A stretch of 64,000 nucleotides of DNA from Hemiscyllium ocellatum (GCF_020745735.1 NC_083431.1:45040496-45104495); one strand, 5' to 3'. Shown: positions 12,779 through 24,499, counted from the first letter of the stretch. Notes: a model not told the origin generated them from the letters alone. Numbers and translations are program-made.

Positions 12779-13642
12779 CAAGTGTATCTAAGTTAGTACC
12801 TGCTTCAAATTATACTGGCAACACAGTTGCTGCTTTGAGACTAACTGTACTTCTTAACTAGTGTGTATCATGGGTTTTGGAATATCTGTGAAAAAATGCC
12901 AGATGAGCACAGTTGTTTTAGTACACAAACTAGACATGTTTTTTTTAAATTGTACATCACAGGCAGTTTTACACCAGCTAAAATTCACCTCCATTGACAT
13001 GATGAATAAATGATGAATAATAAATAAAACAGTTCAGGAATGTAGATGTCTTCGTCACATTTTGATGTGTGTTATGACCACTGAATGTGTTCCGAATTGG
13101 TCGGGGATCTGAATTAATATTGCTTGTTTAATTCCTTGTTAAATTGAATGATTCAAGTAAAGTAGACAACAGTCAAACTTCTTGTTTAAACAGGTTAAAC
13201 GGCACATTATTACGACCTTTTATTGAGTTTTCCCTACAAACAGAGAGATAACATTTTCAATGCTAAATTACAGATACTAAGATTAGGAATGCTTGTTGGA
13301 TTAAATTGCATTTATTTCAATGAAGAGAGCTGACAGGTAAGGCCGATGAACTGAGGGCGTAGATAGGTATGTGGGACTGGGATATTATAGTCTTTACAGA
13401 AACAAGGCTAAGGAAGGGGCAGGACTGGCAGCTCAATCTGCCAGGGTATAGGTACTTTGGTCAGGAGAGAGGTGGTGGAAGGAGAGGGTGGGGAGGTTGC
13501 TTTTTTGATTAAGGCGAGTGTCACAACAATAATCAGAGATGAAATAACTAAAGGGTCATCCAGTGAGGCTTTGTAGGTGGAGGTATGAAATAAGAAGGGG
13601 TTGGTGATATTATTAGGGTTGTACTATAGGTCCCCAGATAGT

Positions 13643-14636
13643 CATAGAGTCATAGAGATATACAGCACGGAAACAGACCCTTTGGTCCAACTTGTCCATC
13701 TTGACCAGATATCCCAACCCAATCTAGTCCCACCTGCCAGCACCCGGCCCATATCCCTCCCAATCCTTCCTATTTATATACCCATCCAGATGCCTTTTTA
13801 AAATTGCAATCATACCAGCATCCACCACTTCCTCTGGCAGCTCATTCCATACACATACCACTATCGGCGTGAAAAAGTTGCCCCTTAGGTCTCTTTTATA
13901 TCTTTCCCTCTCAACCTAAACCTATGCCCTCTAGTTCTAGACTCCCCCACCCAAGGGAAAAGATTATGTCGATTTATCCTATCCATGCCCCTCATGATTT
14001 TATAAACCCCTAATAAGATCATCCCTCAGCCTCAAACACTCCAGGGAAAACAGCACCACCTGATCAGTCTCTCCCTTTAGCTCAAATCCTCCAACCCTGG
14101 CAACATCCTTGTAAATCTTTTCTGAAACCTTTCAAGTTTCACAACATCCTTCCAATAGGAAGGAGACCAGAATTGCATACAATATTCCAACAGTGGCCTA
14201 ACCAATGTCCTGTTAGCTGGAACATGACTTCCCAACTCCTGTACTCAATACTCTGGCCTATAAAGAAAAGCATACCAAACGCCTTCTTCACTACCCTATC
14301 TACTTGAGACTCTACTTACAAGGAGCTATGAACCTGCACTCCAAGGTTTCATTGTTAAGCAACACTCCCTAGGACCTTATCATTTGCTTTCCCAAAATTT
14401 ACCACCTCACATTTACCTAAATTAAACTCCATCTGCCACTCCTCAGCCCATTGGCTCATCTGATCAAGATCTCGTTGTAATCCGAGGTAACTTTCTTAGC
14501 TGTCCACTACACCTCCAATTTTGGTGTCATTTGCAACTTACTAACTATACCTCTTAAGCTCATATCCAAATCATTTATATAATTGACGAAAAGCAGTGGA
14601 CGCAGCATTGATCCTTGCGACACTCTACTGGTCAGA
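13643..14636 (-). mobile_element. CR1 LINE 3' ~1 kb, nested in the host CR1
   Basis: CATAGAGT tail at the left end; nearly the same sequence as 1335-2330; AGTCA present at both junctions. Confidence 0.9.
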
Positions 14637-15671
14637 GTCAATGGGAATTAGAGGAACAAATACGCAGGGAGATTGGGGAGACTTGCAGGGGCAATAGGGT
14701 TATTATAGTAAGGGATTTTCATTTTCCTAACATAGGCTAGGACCTCCAGAGCGTTAAGGCCTTGGAGAAGGTAGAATTTTTAAAGTGCGTTTAGGAAAGT
14801 TTCCTCAAGCAGTATATAGAGGCTTTTACTCGGGAAGTGGCAAAACTCAACCTACTCTTGAGAAGCAGAGCAGTATAGGTGATGGGGGGAGCATTTTGGG
14901 AGCAGTTACCATAGTTCCATTAGTTTTAAAATAGTTATGGAGAGGGACAAAACTAGGCCACAAGTTCAAGTTCTAAATTGGGTCTAAATTTTGATGGAAT
15001 TACACAGGAGCTTGTAGGAGTGGATTGACATAGTTTGTTTGCAGGCAAAGGGACCTCTGACAAGTGGGAGGCCTTTATAAGTGTGATAGCTAGAGTTCAA
15101 GGTCTGAATGTCCCTGTGAGAGTGAAAGACAAGGTTGACAGCAATAGGGAACTATGGATGACAAAAGGCATGAAGGCTTTAACCAGTAAAAAGGAGGTGT
15201 GATTCAGGTACAGGCAGCTGCGATCAAAGGAATCCTTGAAGCTATATAGAGAATACAGGATTTTACCAAAGAAGGAAATCAGCAGGGCGAAAAGGGGGCA
15301 CGAGATAACCTTGGCTGAGAAGAGTCGGGTGAATCCAGAGAGGTACTTAAGCACATTAAAGGAAAAAGAATAACAAGAGAGAGAGAACAGGTTCCCTCAA
15401 GGACTAAAGTGGACATGTATGTGTAGAACCAAAGGAGATGGGTGAGGTTCTCAATGAATATTTCTACTGTGTTTACAATGGAGAAAGACATGAAGACTTG
15501 GCAACTTAGGGAAGTTAGTGGTGATATCTTCGGGAGAGTCCATATCACAGTCAAGGAGGTGTTGGATGCAATAGAATAAATCACCTGGTCTTGACCAGAT
15601 ATATCTAAGAACACTGCAAGATGCTAGAGAAGAAATTGCAGGGAACCTGGCTGATATTTTTGCATCATCAT

Positions 15672-17375
15672 TCCAGTCTTCTAGATGAGGTCCTGTGCTA
15701 ATCCAGATCCTCTATCTAAACCTGTCGCCTATTTTCTAAGGGTCTGTATCTCTCTGCTCCCTGCCCATTTGTGTATCTACCTCGATACATCTTAAATGAT
15801 GTTATTGTGCCTGCCTCTACCACTTCCACTGGTAACACGTTCCAGTCACCAATCACCCTCAGCGTAAAGTACTTTCCACGCATATCTCCCCTAAACTTTT
15901 CCCCTCTCATTTTGAACTTGTAACCCATAGTAATTGAGTCCCCGATACTTGGAAGAAAGCTTCTTACTATCTATCATGTCTATACTTCTAATGATTTTGT
16001 AGATCTCAATCACGTTCCCCCCTCAACCTCTATCTTTCTAATGAAAATAATCCTAATCTACTCAACCTCTCTTCACAGCTAGCACCCTCCATACCATGCA
16101 ACATCCTGATGAACCTCCTCTCCAAAGCATCCACATCCTGTACGCAGTATTCCAAATGTGGCCGAACCAAAGTCTTATACAACTGTAACATGACCTGCCA
16201 ACTCTTGTACTCAATAACCTGTCCGATGAAGGAAAGCATGCCATATGCCTCCTTGACTACTCTATTGACCCGTGTTGCCACCTTCAGGGAGCAATAGATG
16301 TGAACATCAATTTTCCCCAGGACTTTTCCATTTACTATATAGTTTCCTCTTGAATTGGATCTTCCTTGCATTTGCCCAGATTGAACTCCATCTGCCATTT
16401 CTCTGACAGCCCCCTTCACTATCTGCTACTCCACCAATCTTAGTGTCATCTGCGAACTTGCTCATCAGACTACCTTATACCTTTCTCCAGATCATTTATG
16501 TATAACACAAACAATAGTGGCCCCAGCATGGCCGGACCCCCGTGGAACACCATTGGTCACAATTCTCCATTTTGAGAAACCTGCTTCCACTACTGAAGAT
16601 CTAACCAAGGGGCCTGTTGGTTCGGGATCGGTCAAAAGAATCGACAAATACGGTCTGTTCAAGAGCAAGGGTCATTAGTTTATTGAATTAAGGTACCTTG
16701 ACGCTATTCTATCCAGGGACACAAAGGTTGAAGCTTTTGTGTTCCGTGGTGAAATTGCGCAATGACATTTGAAAATTACACATTATTTATATGTTTTTTA
16801 AGAAACAGTACAGCATTAATTACAAGAAAGGCCAATCACATACAATAAAGTGACATGATTTACAGCAAGTTAATCCAATGATATTTCCTGGGAAAGGGTT
16901 CTTAATTACAAGAAAAGTCCAGTCAACTGTAATATGGTGACATGATTGAAGACAGGCTAATCCAATTATATTCTTTGGAAAAGATATCTTATTTATGTAA
17001 ATTGTCATGCACTGTATCAGTTCAAGGTTAGTTCAAATGGTCAATTAATATGTCAGTATTAATTTTATGAAAACTCTATTGTCCTCTTATCTTTGAATTT
17101 CAGCTTAATTATGTAAATCTGCAGTACAAGTTCACAGGCCATTTTATAGTTTTATTTTTAAATCGATAAGCCATTTTGTGGTAAATAAAAATCTACATAT
17201 ACTTGTTGCCTAAATTCAAATTTTAGATCCTCACTACAACTCTCTGTCTCCTGTTGCCCAGCCAGTTCTTTATCCATCTAGCTTGTACACCCTGGACCCC
17301 ATGCGATTTCTCTTTCTTCATCAGCCTACCATGGGGAACTTTGTCAAATGCCTTACTGAAGCCCATGTATATAGA
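15672..17375 (-). mobile_element. CR1 LINE of a second subfamily, nested and itself split by a solo LTR
   Basis: ORFs 15716-15928, 16030-16419 and 17223-17435 give CR1 RT motifs (FSKAFDKVPHGRL, LYKTLVRPHLEYC). Confidence 0.9.
16594..17233 (-). mobile_element. Solo LTR (640 bp), ERV/LTR-retroelement type
   Basis: TG...CA ends with an 11-bp inverted repeat TGAAGATCTAA/TTAGATCCTCA and a 4-bp TSD CTAC (16590-93, 17234-37). The minus strand has a TATA-like ATATAAA (~16786-92) upstream of AATAAA (~16679-84). An 86-bp direct repeat lies in the U3 position, and removing the element restores continuous CR1 sequence. Confidence 0.85.
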
Positions 17376-18794
17376 CAAAGAGTAAGATTTGATTAAGAAT
17401 AAGTGTGGCTTTGAAAGTGGAAGATCATGCTTCACACATTTGTTCGAGTTCTTTGATGAAGTGACCAGGAAGGCTGACGGATTTCAGTAAGGCCTTTGAT
17501 CAGGTTCCACATGGTAGACTGCTCTGGAAGGTTAGCTCACAGAGAATCCAGGGCAAGCAGGCAAATTGGATACTAAATTATCTCAATGGTAGGAAGCAGA
17601 GGATAATAATGGAAGGATGCTTGTCAGACTGAAGGCCTGTGACTAATTGAGTGTCTCAGAGATTGGTGCTGAGCCCATTACTGTTTGTTATCAATATCAA
17701 TGATTTGGATGAAAATGTACAAGGCATGATCAGTAAGTTTGCAGATGACACTAAAATAGGCAGTATTGTGGACAGTGAGGAAGGTTATCAGAAATTGCAA
17801 CAGGATCTTGATCAGCTGAGGAAGTGGGCCGAAAATGACAAATGGAGTTTAATATAGATAAATGTGAGGTCTTGCATTTTGCAAAATCAAATCAAGGTAG
17901 GAGTTTCATGGTGAATGGCAGTGCCTTAAGGAGTGTAGTGGAACAGAGGGACCTTGGAGTTCAGGTTCACAGCTCTCTGAAAGTGGAGTCACAGGGAGAC
18001 AGGGCAGTGAAGAAGGCTTTTGGCACACTTACCTTCCTCAGTCAGGCCATTGAATATAGAATTTAGGAAGTATGTTGTAGTTATACAGGACATTGGTGAG
18101 GCCACAATTGGAGAATTGTGTTCAGTCCTGTCACCTTGTTTTAGGAAGAATGATATTAAATTGGAAAGAATGCAGAAGAAATTTACAAGGAAGTTGCCTG
18201 TACTGAAGGGTCTAAGTTATAGGGAGAGGTTGGACAAACTAAGACGTTTTTCTTTAGAGCGTATGAGACTGAGGGAGGGCCTTATAGAGGTGTATTAGAT
18301 CATGAAAGATGTGGATATGGTGAATGCACTCAGTCTTTTTTCCAGGATTGGGGAATCGATGACGAGAAGGCATCAATTTAAGATTACAGGGGAAAGAATA
18401 AAAGGGAACCTGAGGGGCAACGTTTTTACACAGAGGGTGATACGCATATAGAATGAGCAGCCAGCGGAAGTGGTTGAGGCTAGTACATTAACAATATTTA
18501 AAAGGCATTTGGACAAATACATGGATAGGAAAGGATTCGAAGGATATGGGCCAAGTGTAGGGAAATGGAGTTAGTGTGGATGGACGTTTTGATTGGCTTG
18601 GACCAGTTTGGGCCGAAGGTCCTGTCTCTGTGCTGTAGGACTTTATGATTCTATGATAACAAAAGTTTAATACTTGAAGTCAGATTCAGTAGCTGCAAAG
18701 CTTCCGCAGTCGAATGAATAGTGTTTTCTGGAACTGGTAAGCTCTTTGGGACAGTGGATTTTAGGAGGGAGAGAGGGTTCCTTGTTATTTAGTA

Positions 18795-20387
18795 GTTATG
18801 ATCTATATCGACTTCAGTAAGGCGTTTGACAAGGTTCCTCGTAGTAGGCTGGCTAGCAACGTTAGATCACGTGGAACACGGAGAACTAGCCATTGGGATA
18901 CAGGACTGACTCGAAGTTAGAAGACAGAGGATTGTAGTGGAGGGTTTTCTGTCAGTCTGGAGGCCTGTGACCATTGGTGTGCCACAAGGATCGGTGCTGA
19001 GTCCACTACTTTTCCTCCTTTATATAAATGATTTGGATGTGAACATAAGAGATATAGTTAGCAAGTTTGCAGATGACACCAAAATTGGAGGTGTTGTGGA
19101 TAGTGAAGAAGGTTTCCTCAGAGTATGATGGGATCTTGGACAGATGGGCCAATGGGCTGAGGAGAGGCAGATGGAATTTAATTTAGATAAATGTGAGGTA
19201 CTGCATTTTATGAAAAACAAATTAGGGCAGGACTTACATACTTAATAGGAAGGTCCTGGGGAGTGTGACTGAATAAAAAGACCTTGGAGTGCAGGTTCGT
19301 AGTTCCTTGAAAGTGGAGTTGCAGGTCGATAGGATAGAAAAGAAGGTGTTTTGTATGCTTTATATTGAGTATAGGAGTTGGAAGGTCATGTTGTGGCTGG
19401 ACAGGACGTTGGTTAGGCCACTTCTGGAATATTGTGTACAATTCTTGTCTTGGAAGGTGTAACAGGAACACAAAGTACTGGGCTAATAAGAAGATTCATG
19501 GTAGTGTGGATGAGCAGAGAGATCTCGGTGTCCATGAGCATAGATCCCTGAAAGTTGCCACCCAGGTTATAATAGGGTTGTTAAGAAGGCTTACAGTGTG
19601 TTAGCTTTTATTGGGAGAGGGATTGGGTTTTGGAGCCATGAAGTCATGTTGCAGTTATACAAATCGCTGGTGCGGCCGCACTTGGAGTATTGCGTACAGT
19701 TCTGGTACGCAAATAGAGGATTAGATAGGGTGGACAGCGAGAGCATTCTTCCTCAGATGGTGGTGGCTAGCGTGAGGGGACATAGTTTTAAATTGAAGGG
19801 TGATAGATTGGTTTCACACGTTGGCGCAACATTGAGGACCGAAGGGCCTGTACTGCGCTTTATTGTTCTATGTTCTCCCTCCTATCAGAAGGATGTTGTG
19901 AAACTTAAAAGGGTTCAGAACAGATTTATGAGGGTGTTGCCAGAGTTGGAGGGTTTGAGCTATAGGGTGAGGCTGACTAGGCTGTGGCTATTTTCCCTGG
20001 AGCATCGGAAGCTGAAGGGTGACCTGATCGAGGTTTATAAAAACATGAGGGGCTCGAATAGGGTTAATAGACAAGGTATTTTCCCTGGGGTGGGGGAGTC
20101 CAGAACTAGAGGCAATAGGTTTAGGTTGAGACCGAAAACATTTAAAAGGGACTGAAGGGGCAACTTTTGATATAGAGGATAGTGCATGTATGGAATGAGC
20201 TGCCAGAGGGAGTGTTGGAGGCCGAGACAATTACAACATTTAAAAGGCATCTAAATATATAAATAGAAAGGGTTTAGAGGGATATGGACTAAGTGAGACT
20301 AGATTTTGTTAGGATATCTGGTTGGCATGGACGAGTTCGACCGAAAGGTCTGTTTCTGTGTTGTGCATCTCTATGACTCTATGACTG
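18795..20387 (+). mobile_element. CR1 LINE (RT and 3' UTR) containing an internally deleted CR1 of another subfamily at ~19455-19876
   Basis: GVPQGSVL and SKFADDTK motifs. The inner piece ends in its own TTGTTCTATGTTCT tail; the outer piece ends CTCTATGACTCTATGA. Confidence 0.9.
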
Positions 20388-21000
20388 TATGTGGTTTTGA
20401 TACTTTGACACTGCCTGATGTTTTTCAACATAAAGTTATTTGTTTTACTTTTCACTATGTTCTCCCTTCATCAAAACTTCCACTTAGCAGTGTTCTCAGT
20501 GCTTTCTTCTTGGCATTCTGCACATTTGGCTGTTCCTAGGCAGATTTTTTAGTATTGTTCAAAGTTCAAAATAGCGATATGCTAATTCTAAGGAATCAAG
20601 GGTTCCACAAAGCAAAGAAATTACTTATGAGTTCCTCTGAAATTCTTCCTCTTGTATGCTATTATCTCTAAAACTTGAATTTTCGCACCTTTATTGTCTG
20701 GTGTTATAGTTCTCACACCTTTATTGTCTGGTAAAAACTTCTGGTGTTTTAAGACTCTTTCGCTATCTGGGTACATCTGTCTGTCATACATTTAGAGGCA
20801 GAAGCTACACAGTCAAGTGACTCAGAACTGTAGCAGCATTTTTTAAAATTTCCCGCATCAGTTAAAGTTAGGCTAGCTTTGTACAAAAATCTGTAATGTC
20901 ATAATTCCTTTCTTCATTGCAATAAGTGTCACAAGACTTTAATGATCTCCCAGTCTAAGATTGACATTATTTTCGTTTTTGTAAGCTACTACCCCTTTTA

Positions 21001-21927
21001 GAACATAGAGCATAGAACAGTACAACACAGTACAGGCCCTTTGGCTCTCAATGTTGTGCGAGCATTTTATCCTACTCTGAGATCAGACTAACCTACATAC
21101 CCTTCATTGTGTTATCTTCCATGTCCCTATCCAAGGGTCGCTTAAATGCCCCTAATGTATCTGACTCAACTACCACCCACTGGTAGTGCATTCCAAGCAA
21201 CCACCACTCTCTGTATAAAGAACCTACCTCTCACATCTCCCTGAAACCTTCCTTTAATAACCTTAAAATTCTTATGAGAAGATTTGTAGCTCAGGTTGAG
21301 GTTCTGGATGTAGGTTTGCTCGTTGAGCTCAGAGGTTCATTTCCAGATGTTTTGTCACCCTACTAGGTAACATCTTCAGCGGGCCTCAGGTGAAGCAGTA
21401 TACATTCCTGCTTTCTGTTGTTTAGGTTTCTTTGGGTTGGTGATGTCATTTCCTGTTCCTTTCCTCAGGGGGTGGTAGTTGGGGGTCTAACTCGATGTGT
21501 TTGTTGATAGAGTTCCGGTTGAAATGCCATGCTTCTCGGACTTCTTGTGTGTATCTCTGTTTGGCTTGTCCTAGGATGGATGTGTTGTCCCAGTCGAAGT
21601 GGTGTCCTTCCTCCTCTGTATGTAAGGATACTAGTGAGAGAGGGTCATGTCATTTTGTGGCTAGTTGGTGTATGGTTAGTTTTCTGTCTGTTTGTCCAAT
21701 GTAGTGTTTGTTACAGTTCTTGCATGGTATTTGTAAATGACATTAGTTTTACTTGGTGACTGTATAGGGTCTTTCAAGTTCATTAGCTGCTGTTTTACTG
21801 TGTTCGTAGGTTTGTGGGCTACCATGATGCCAAGGGGTCTAAGTTGTCTGGCAGTCATTGCCCTTCAATCCAGGCAGCATACTGGTAAATCTCCTCTGCA
21901 CCCTCTCTAAAGCTTCCACATCTTTTT
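21001..21927 (-). mobile_element. CR1 3' end (21001-21269 and 21860-21927), split by a Penelope-like insertion
   Basis: GAACATAGAGCATAGAAC tail; CR1 sequence resumes at CCCTTCAATCCAGGCAGCAT. Confidence 0.8.
21270..21859 (-). mobile_element. Penelope-like element (Poseidon-like) 3' part: decayed GIY-YIG endonuclease and terminal repeat with a mutated hammerhead
   Basis: The minus strand reads KDPIQ..TNVIYK/PCKNCNKHYIGQTDRKL..HHFDWDNTSILG..EAWH across frameshifts. A hammerhead-like CTGAAGA-T-GTTACC..GGTGAC-AAAACATC lies at 21344-21381. Confidence 0.85.
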
Positions 21928-22058
21928 ATTGGAGGTTGACTTTCTCTGCACAGCCTAGTGCAATTCACAATGAATAAACAGCATTAAATATTGGGTACAG
22001 CTGCAAATGTGTTGCTGGTCAAAGCACAGCAGGCCAGGCAGCATCTCAGGAATAGAGA

Positions 22059-22094
22059 ATTCGACGTTTCGAGCATAAGCCCTTCATCAGGAAT
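22059..22094 (-). ncRNA. Minimal type I hammerhead ribozyme motif
   Basis: AUUC-CUGAUGA-A-GGGC(UUAU)GCUC-GAAA-CGUC-GAAU: helix I AUUC/GAAU, conserved core, helix II, palindromic ACGU helix III and a GUC cleavage triplet. Confidence 0.85.
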
Positions 22095-22439
22095 AAGAGA
22101 GAGTAGCCAAGCAGGCTAAGATAAAAGGTAGGGAGGAGGGACTAGGGGGAGGGGCGATGGAGGTGGGATAGGTGGAAGGAGGTAACGTGGCTGAAGAGTT
22201 TCTGTGCAGAGGAGATGACCTGGGGGGTGCAGTGAGAGAGGGACTCACTGAAATCCTTGTAGAGGGAGGAAGAGAGCTTCTTCAAGGAAGGCATCTGCAC
22301 AGAGCACCCCCCAGGTCATCTCCTCTGCACAGAAACTCTTCAGCCACGTTACCTCCTTCCACCTATCCCACCTCCATCGCCCCTCCCCCTAGTCCCTCCT
22401 CCCTACCTTTTATCTTAGCCTGCTTGGCTACTCTCTCTT

Positions 22440-22475
22440 ATTCCTGATGAAGGGCTTATGCTCGAAACGTCGAAT
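22440..22475 (+). ncRNA. Minimal type I hammerhead ribozyme motif
   Basis: ATTCCTGATGAAGGGCTTATGCTCGAAACGTCGAAT, identical to the copy on the opposite strand. Confidence 0.85.
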
Positions 22476-23849
22476 TCTCTATTCCTGAGATGCTGCCTAA
22501 CCTGCTGTGCTTTGACCAGCAACACATTTGCAGCTGTGATCTCCAGCATCTGCAGACCTCATTTTTTACTTAAATATTGGGTAGCTTTGTCTGCTAGTTC
22601 TTGGTAGAAAAGAATTTGATGGACTTTGGCAACAGAAATTTTAATAGTTGCTTGAGTGGAATTGATTTTTATAGGTTGTAATATATTGTAATGATCAACC
22701 TTTGTTACCTGCAACTTTCTATTGAGGCTAACAATGCTGTTTTTAAAACAAGCATGTGTAATAGGTATGGTTTACTTTGTTCAGTCTTACTTACATTCAG
22801 TCTTCTTATTCAGTACTTCCCTAAAGTGCAAACCCATCACTTGTGCTCATTCATACTATCCATTGATAGCAGCTGTGGCTCCTCTTCAGCCTTGATCTCT
22901 GGCAAATCAGAGACTGTCAAGATCAGTGATTCTTGTCAACTGTCAAATCTTCAGCCTTAAAGCAGGAAACTCATTTATCTCCAATATGTAGCCACAAAGA
23001 CCACGGCATTAGAACTTTCTTTCAGTGATTGAGGCTTGTTAAGGTACTTTGTGGTCTTCTTCTTCCATTAACTTGAACCTCAGAATCTCCACGGTTCTCA
23101 TCCCCGCAGGCAACCCACATTGTACTGTTACCTTTGGGGACATGTCACTCTGTTTCTCCCATCATGATGATTGGTTAAACCTAACAAACAGAAAGAGAGA
23201 AAGAACAAGACAAACTGAGAAAATTGCAGAAAAAGATTGGAAAACAGGTGGACAGACAATGACACAGCTACCATTTAAAATACATTTACCCAGGAGCATG
23301 TGATGCAAGATAATTAGATTTTGAATTGTTGCAGGTGCTGCAAGCTGAAGGTGTGTGGGTAGCAATCTGTCATTATCACACACTTATAGCTACTACAGAG
23401 TCAGTTTATCGCTATTCACCTTGACCTAGTTCTGACACCCTGTCAGGAACATAACAGGAGCAATGACAAAATGTCAGAAACTGTCTCAACTTGCCATGTA
23501 CAATCAAAAATGCACTCCTCCTCCATTTTCCCATCAGTCCTGTGACAAAGGTCCAAGCGCAAAACCATAGCAAGCTATTTTGTTAGAGTATTAAAAATAC
23601 TATTGGTTCATGACCATTCTTAAGTATTTATTTTTGAATCAAACAAATCTTCCTTTGATACTGAGCTCTTTGATTTTGTTACCATACAGCATGCTTGAAT
23701 TACAAACTTTGGAGCAATTTCTATCTTTTGAGCTGTAAGGATTTGGGTTTAAGTTGCACTCTAGAAACTTGAGCATCAAATCCAGGCTGAGACTCCAGCA
23801 CTGTACTTAAGAAACATTTTCTTCACTACAACAGTGACTATAACATTGC

Positions 23850-24200
23850 TGGAAATAGCAACAATTTACACTGCATAGGAAAAGGGTGCTGATTGATTAG
23901 CAAATCCATTCTGATTGGTCAAACTATTGCCATGCAAAATGTATCCGGGAAATATTGTCCCCCACACTTTTGTTAACTTCAAAAAATGCACTGTCTGGAC
24001 TTGTTCCTTTTGCCTGCAGAGAACAGATTCCTACATATGAAGATATGCAGCTCCTAACAAGTGTAAGTGACTGAATCCTTTAAATTGGTTGTTACTTAAC
24101 TTTTGGCACACATGAAATAAGTACTATGCAGTCACAAAATCACATCTAATGTTAAACATTTGAGGTTTTTCAAGCACAGACTGGTTGATAAGACCAGTAT
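23850..24200 (-). mobile_element. Decayed PLE-like 3' region (same family as 28990-29185)
   Basis: The reverse complement CATGGCAA..GACCAATCAGA..AATCAGCACCCTTTTCCTATGCAGTGTAAATTGTTG matches 29025-29090. Confidence 0.55.
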
Positions 24201-24499
24201 ACTGTCTGCTGTGGATGTGTATCAGAAAAGGAAATGTGTTTGGCAGCAAGAGTAGGGCTCAATGGCTTTCAATAGACTCCCCCTTTTCAATGTCAGGTCC
24301 CCCAATCTGGTCTTTGACACCCTGGAACCCTGGAACCAAACAAGTCAGGGTTTGCTTTTCAGGCTTTTCACATGGTGACTGTACCCCTCACCCTTATCAC
24401 TGTTGAGTTCAATAGAGGGATAAAGCCTTAGATGGGCATTATCTAAGGACTGTAATTAGTGCAGAGAGGAAGGCTGAATGTGTGAATACACAAATTAGG

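Larger units (their letters stand above)
13335..18655 (+). mobile_element. Fragmented CR1 ORF2 (endonuclease 13335-13642, linker 14637-15671, RT and 3' UTR 17376-18655) hosting nested insertions
   Basis: Endonuclease motifs (LLGLYYRSP), RT motifs (SKFADDTKIG, EFNIDKCE) and a TATGATTCTATGA tail, collinear across the inserts. Confidence 0.85.
21998..22569. mobile_element. Miniature fold-back Penelope-derived element (inverted terminal-repeat pair plus tail)
   Basis: 233-bp inverted arms at 21998-22230 and 22304-22536 (2 mismatches), a 73-bp spacer, a 33-nt one-sided tail at 22537-22569 and a 14-bp TSD TTAAATATTGGGTA (21984-97, 22570-83). The arms are about 98% identical to 29191-29377. Confidence 0.95.

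Noticed and set aside
13070-20931. Possible old LTR (TGTTATGAC...) hosting the CR1 stack
   Set aside because: No matching terminus with a TSD could be identified.
22033-22036. CC versus TT difference between the two arms as an A-to-I editing footprint
   Set aside because: The GG variant (GCCTGGCCTG) also occurs in the older copy near 62644, so family polymorphism explains it more simply.
22172-22447. 91-aa ORF in the palindrome
   Set aside because: It is a by-product of reading through the inverted arms.
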